The notes beneath the pieces were generated by a model. That model was not told the DNA's origin. It searched no databases and was given only the letters and a program-made list of their open reading frames with translations. Shown here piece by piece: positions 15,930 through 19,332 of a stretch of DNA of 19,332 nt (position 1 is the stretch's first letter; each line of letters starts with the position of its first letter). The position numbers and the translations under genes were made by a program. The DNA lies in NCBI GenBank assembly GCA_016839445.1, contig JAEOUG010000109.1:1-19332 (forward strand), written 5' to 3'. Source of the DNA: Candidatus Thorarchaeota archaeon. Lineage in GTDB: Archaea; Asgardarchaeota; Thorarchaeia; Thorarchaeales; Thorarchaeaceae.

Positions 15930-17013
15930 TCTTCTTCAAGACATAGTAGGCTAGACCTACAAGAAGGACAACAGATGAGATGATGAAGACCGTGCCGATT
16001 GCTCCGGGTACGTCCACAATATTCTCTGATAACCAGCTGAGGATATTCATGAAGAGACGTGAATTGTCGCCGGCATTGAGCCAGGTCAGCTCAGCATCAG
16101 GAAGCGGCAGAGTCCTTCCCGTAAACATCAGTGTTGAGCCACAGATAGCAACGCGCCCATTCCCAAACTCGAACGCGGACAGCCATCCAGGGTAGGTGCC
16201 GTTGATTGTGGAATACGATAGAGGAGCAGCCTCGAAGTCCGCCAGAGTCATGTTGGGGTACGAGTAGTTCGCCCAGGTTAGAGCGCTTCTCTTGTACTGA
16301 GCAAATGAGGTGTCGTAGCTCTTGCCAATGAGTGTGGAGTGATCGATTGGCTTCAGTGTGGCAGTCATCGTGTAGAGAACGTTGATGTTTCGGAAGATGG
16401 GGTGTCTTGTGTCCCATGTTGTCGAATCGAGTTTGATTACGTAAGGGTATGTTTCGTTGAGTGAGTTGTCGTAGTCAAACATGGTGTCACACTGAGGGTC
16501 GAACGTAGTCTGGTTCACGCTGAAACGAACACCAGTCATGTTCAAGTCGTCCAGAAGGGTATTGATGGCGAAATTCTCTCCAAGATTCTGGAGCAAAGCC
16601 TCATCCCAGTACTCAGTAGACTGGTCTATGGTTGGGTCCCCAAGGATGAAAAGGGAACTGCCGTTTGCCAGCATCTCGAAGATGCCACTCAGCTCCTCGG
16701 GCTCGAAAGGTGCGTTCTCGTCAGGCCCGGCGATGAATAGCACGTCAACGTCGCTCAGCATCTCATCATCGAGGGGTCCATCTTCCTCTATTCTAACGAT
16801 AAAACGAGTAGACGCATTTGCCATGTCCAGCACAAGCTGAAGCCCCCTGTCTGACTCGGTTGGTGAGAACTGCGGATTGTGACTTGCATCGACTAGAATC
16901 ACGATAGGATCCAAATCAGCTTGGGCATTCACGGTACCTTGTATACCCGAGAGGAGTAAGACTGCGGTCAGCATCAAGGCAACTATCTTGGGGACCCTAC
17001 GGAGATGACTCAT
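15922..17013 (-). CDS. Type I membrane protein with signal peptide and an extracellular GIFT/DUF4350-like domain
   Basis: Signal peptide (RRVPKIVALMLTAVLLL..VNA/QA), ILVDASH, LSDVDVLFIAGP...F.PEEL..I..ML.NGSSLFILGD, GRVAICGS..F, DNSRLFMNILSWL, C-terminal TM helix followed by KKIR. Confidence 0.7.
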   Translation of the reverse strand: MSHLRRVPKIVALMLTAVLLLSGIQGTVNAQADLDPIVILVDASHNPQFSPTESDRGLQLVLDMANASTRFIVRIEEDGPLDDEMLSDVDVLFIAGPDENAPFEPEELSGIFEMLANGSSLFILGDPTIDQSTEYWDEALLQNLGENFAINTLLDDLNMTGVRFSVNQTTFDPQCDTMFDYDNSLNETYPYVIKLDSTTWDTRHPIFRNINVLYTMTATLKPIDHSTLIGKSYDTSFAQYKRSALTWANYSYPNMTLADFEAAPLSYSTINGTYPGWLSAFEFGNGRVAICGSTLMFTGRTLPLPDAELTWLNAGDNSRLFMNILSWLSENIVDVPGAIGTVFIISSVVLLVGLAYYVLKKIR

Positions 17014-17094
17014 ATCCTGTAACCGACCTTCGTGCTCAGTCAGCGTGCCAGACCCGTGGCCGTGTTTTAAAGTTATCTTCAGTTCGAAGTGCCT

Positions 17095-17481
17095 TCAGTC
17101 AGTTCTTCGCCATTCGATGTACATCTGTCGTCGGTCCTGATCTGTTCCCTCACGTGACTCGTGCAGTCCACGAAGCTCTGCTATTCTCTGCGCTAAGAGA
17201 TGATAGCACATGTTGGTCTCGCGAGAGATGACTACATCCTGGTAGAAACTCCTGCAAGTGCAGTAGACCTCCGGAATGACCATGTATTCCCTCTTTTTTC
17301 CCCGGACAATCCAAGTCGAAGTTTCACTTGGACTGAAAGTGTACTTCACGACCTTGCCGTCCTCGGCGGCCTTCAATGCGCGGACGAATTTCTTACCATA
17401 CTTGTCCGTGAAGAACTCGATGTCAATCTGAAGTAGTTCATCCTTCTCGAGCCTTCTTGTTTCTGTGGGAGGAAGTACCAT
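17095..17481 (-). CDS. SWIM zinc-finger protein (SWS1/ZSWIM7-like)
   Basis: SWIM signature YCTCRSF...MCYHLLA (CxC-xn-CxH), preceded by RAL...FSPS...WIVRG...Y. Confidence 0.85.
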   Translation of the reverse strand: MVLPPTETRRLEKDELLQIDIEFFTDKYGKKFVRALKAAEDGKVVKYTFSPSETSTWIVRGKKREYMVIPEVYCTCRSFYQDVVISRETNMCYHLLAQRIAELRGLHESREGTDQDRRQMYIEWRRTD

Positions 17482-17511
17482 CTCTTTCAGGAAAACAGTG
17501 GTATGGCGAGG

Positions 17512-17518
17512 TTAAAAT
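17512..17518. promoter_or_regulatory. Central bidirectional TATA element between the SWIM and MPE genes
   Basis: TTAAAA on + ends 26 nt before ATG 17544; TTTTAA on - ends 30 nt before ATG 17481. Confidence 0.55.
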
Positions 17519-17543
17519 GTTGTAGGACGAAGTCTGAATCGCG

Positions 17544-18392
17544 ATGGAGATAGTCTTCGAGGACCGTGCAATGGTTGTTCATTTCACGGAGGAGTCTATT
17601 CTACTCCTCGCAGATCTTCATCTGGGATTTGAGCGAGAACTGGAGGAACGAGGTGTCATCGTTCCTTCTCAGCACAAGAGCATGCTTCCAAGAATCAAGC
17701 AGCTCGTAGATTCGCACAAGACCTCGACAATCTGCATCGTTGGTGACATAAAACACTCCATATTCCCAGACATCAACTACAACTGGGAGGTCATCCCGGA
17801 ATTCATGGAGAGCCTATTAGAAATCGCCAAGGTTGTTATCGTGCCTGGAAACCATGATGGTGACCTGCAGGCCTTCCTTCCCAGAAGTGTGGTCATGAGC
17901 GATTCTAGCGGCATTTCAGTGGACAGACCGGATGAGAAGCTGGGTGTCTTTCACGGTCATGCATGGGCGGCCCCGGAGCTGCTAGACGCAGACGTCATGG
18001 TAACGGCACACAATCACCCCGTTATACGCAGAATGCGTAATGTATCAATCGAGAGCATAGGCCGTGAGGGGAGGATGAGATATGGAAGAACCATTCCAGT
18101 CGTTGTCAAATCAAGACTGGACAGGAACTGCGTGAGAAGGGAACTCGGCATGCTCGAAATCCCGGATGAACCCCCAGCCAGCCTATTCACATTGCCTACC
18201 TTCAACGAGATGTTCTCCGGCGTCGCAGTGAACACCCCCACTAGTGCGTTTCATGGTCCGTTCTTCGAAAACGGCTGCGCCTTGCTCGGAGCTTCTGAGG
18301 TTTTCAGCACGACAGGGGTCTATCTGGGCGAGGTGTCCTGGTTAAGAGAGCAGTTCAACGAAACGATTAAATCTCGACCACCCGGGAACTGA
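17544..18392 (+). CDS. Calcineurin-like metallophosphoesterase, MPE/PdeM (SbcD/Mre11-related) family
   Basis: ADLHLGFE....G...P.Q, GDIKH, PGNHD, HGH, AHNHP and LPTFN motifs. Confidence 0.88.
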   Translation: MEIVFEDRAMVVHFTEESILLLADLHLGFERELEERGVIVPSQHKSMLPRIKQLVDSHKTSTICIVGDIKHSIFPDINYNWEVIPEFMESLLEIAKVVIVPGNHDGDLQAFLPRSVVMSDSSGISVDRPDEKLGVFHGHAWAAPELLDADVMVTAHNHPVIRRMRNVSIESIGREGRMRYGRTIPVVVKSRLDRNCVRRELGMLEIPDEPPASLFTLPTFNEMFSGVAVNTPTSAFHGPFFENGCALLGASEVFSTTGVYLGEVSWLREQFNETIKSRPPGN

Positions 18393-18413
18393 TTCTGCTA
18401 GATTTCTCAGTAT

Positions 18414-18490
18414 GGGTCGGTGGTCTAGCTTGGTATGATTCTTGGTTCGGATCCAAGGGATCGGGAGTTCGAATCTCCCCCGGCCCACCA
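18414..18490 (+). tRNA. tRNA-Pro (anticodon CGG), intronless, with encoded CCA
   Basis: Acceptor stem GGGTCGG/CCGGCCC, D arm GTCTAGCTTGGTATGAT, anticodon stem CTTGG/CCAAG with loop TT-CGG-AT, T arm GGGAG-TTCGAAT-CTCCC, discriminator A plus CCA. Confidence 0.95.
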
Positions 18491-18757
18491 CTACCTCCTA
18501 TCCTTCGTCTTTTCCTTCCGTCTTGGCATCGTTCCCGTGAATGGGCCCACACCATCAATGAGGCCTCTGCCCTGAACAGCACCCGCTCGTGCCCCGTGAT
18601 GAGTTTCTTCTGCGACCCTTGCAGCCGCAGTGGGGGTCTCATCCCTCTTCCGGTAGGTAGTAGCTCCCCGACGTCCCGATCTCGGCGCAGCAAGAACGAG
18701 GATAAGAGCCGCTATTACCACGCCGGCAATACCGATTAGTAACCAGCTCATAGACAC
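18491..18757 (-). CDS. Small N-terminally membrane-anchored basic protein (hypothetical)
   Basis: TM segment WLLIGIAGVVIAALILVLAA followed by an Arg/Lys-rich tail. TTAAAT on - (18791-18786) ends 28 nt before GTG 18757; ATG 18751 is an alternative start. Confidence 0.6.
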   Translation of the reverse strand: MSMSWLLIGIAGVVIAALILVLAAPRSGRRGATTYRKRDETPTAAARVAEETHHGARAGAVQGRGLIDGVGPFTGTMPRRKEKTKDRR

Positions 18758-18812
18758 AGCTCGAGAACTACTTGAGTGTGAGATGATTTAACTCTTGGCA
18801 GTCCCTTCTGTT

Positions 18813-19286
18813 CTATTCTCTCCCTCGGAGAGCATAGAGGACTACCGCGGCTGTTCCGGCGGGCCCTATGTCCACCTCTGCATGAAGGCTTCTGCAGTCC
18901 CCTTTGTCCATTTCTTTCCTTGAAAACGAGCTGCTACTTCCAGAGAGAATCAAGGCAATACGCTGACCGGATTTCACTAGGTCGACAATCTCTGAGACCT
19001 CAAGACGTTCCTTCGTCAGCTTTGGGGATGTTATCATCAGGGGACGTTCGATTTGCAGGGTTTCCAGAACATCAGGTAGATCGGGAAGAACCATGAAGTT
19101 GCGCTTCATCTTCAGTGCTAGTCGGTTGGCATCAGGAACACCAGACTGAGCCGCCGACCCCTCAGCCTTGGTAACAACGTAGTTTCGGTATCCCAAACCA
19201 TAGACCACTTGCGCAGTTTCCACAGTCTTTGAAGCAGAGTGTACGTTGTGCAGTACAACGTAGACATTGTTGAGATTCTCATTCAA
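18813..19286 (-). CDS. COG4080/DUF2122 SPOUT-like putative RNA methyltransferase (often labelled 'RecB-family nuclease')
   Basis: VVLHNVHS, VVTKAEGSAAQSGVP, VLPDLPD, ILSGSSSSFSRKE, DIGPAGTAAVVLY. TTG start with an SD-like GGAGGT 11 nt upstream. Confidence 0.75.
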   Translation of the reverse strand: MNENLNNVYVVLHNVHSASKTVETAQVVYGLGYRNYVVTKAEGSAAQSGVPDANRLALKMKRNFMVLPDLPDVLETLQIERPLMITSPKLTKERLEVSEIVDLVKSGQRIALILSGSSSSFSRKEMDKGDCRSLHAEVDIGPAGTAAVVLYALRGRE

Positions 19287-19332
19287 TGTGGTTCTTGACC
19301 TCCTTGTATAGTAGACGGGAAATCAGGGGTGG

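Noticed and set aside
18414-18490. tRNA as an integration site for a mobile element
   Set aside because: No duplicated tRNA 3' end, integrase or compositional shift is visible in the window.
18367-18693. 108-aa minus-strand ORF
   Set aside because: It runs antisense through the tRNA (GPGEIRTPDP is a typical tRNA-antisense translation) and overlaps the better-supported 88-aa ORF.
1-19332. CRISPR array, tandem DNA repeats, IS elements or defence systems
   Set aside because: None seen. The only repeats are diverged protein-domain repeats (OB folds, CBS).

Overview
Gene-dense archaeal chromosomal window, with no mobile element or CRISPR array visible. The combination of PolD DP2, Elf1, RadB, CarS, a multi-OB RPA and a GIFT-type membrane protein fits an Asgard archaeon, possibly Thorarchaeia; this taxonomy is inference only. 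The window is rich in genome-maintenance genes: XPD/Rad3 helicase (5'-truncated), a YqgF/RNase H-fold protein, RadB, PolD DP2, RPA1, an Lhr helicase, a SWIM zinc-finger protein and an MPE-type metallophosphoesterase. It also carries CarS, a CBS-domain protein, SufS, a small CxxC winged-helix protein, Elf1, EngB, a COG4080 SPOUT-like protein and tRNA-Pro(CGG). The most notable observations are: (i) a SWS1/ZSWIM7-like SWIM protein in the same neighbourhood as a RadB lacking the KHR motif, a candidate archaeal Shu-like complex; (ii) a 38-aa membrane microprotein missing from the ORF track, with its own TATA box, heading the lhr operon; (iii) a CxxC winged-helix protein directly upstream of sufS; (iv) a WBP1/IFT52-like (GIFT) type I membrane protein with 8 sequons and a KKxx tail; (v) a tRNA-Pro with A37 instead of G37; (vi) repeated use of compact bidirectional TATA promoters. 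All family calls come from motif recognition by eye; no searches were run.
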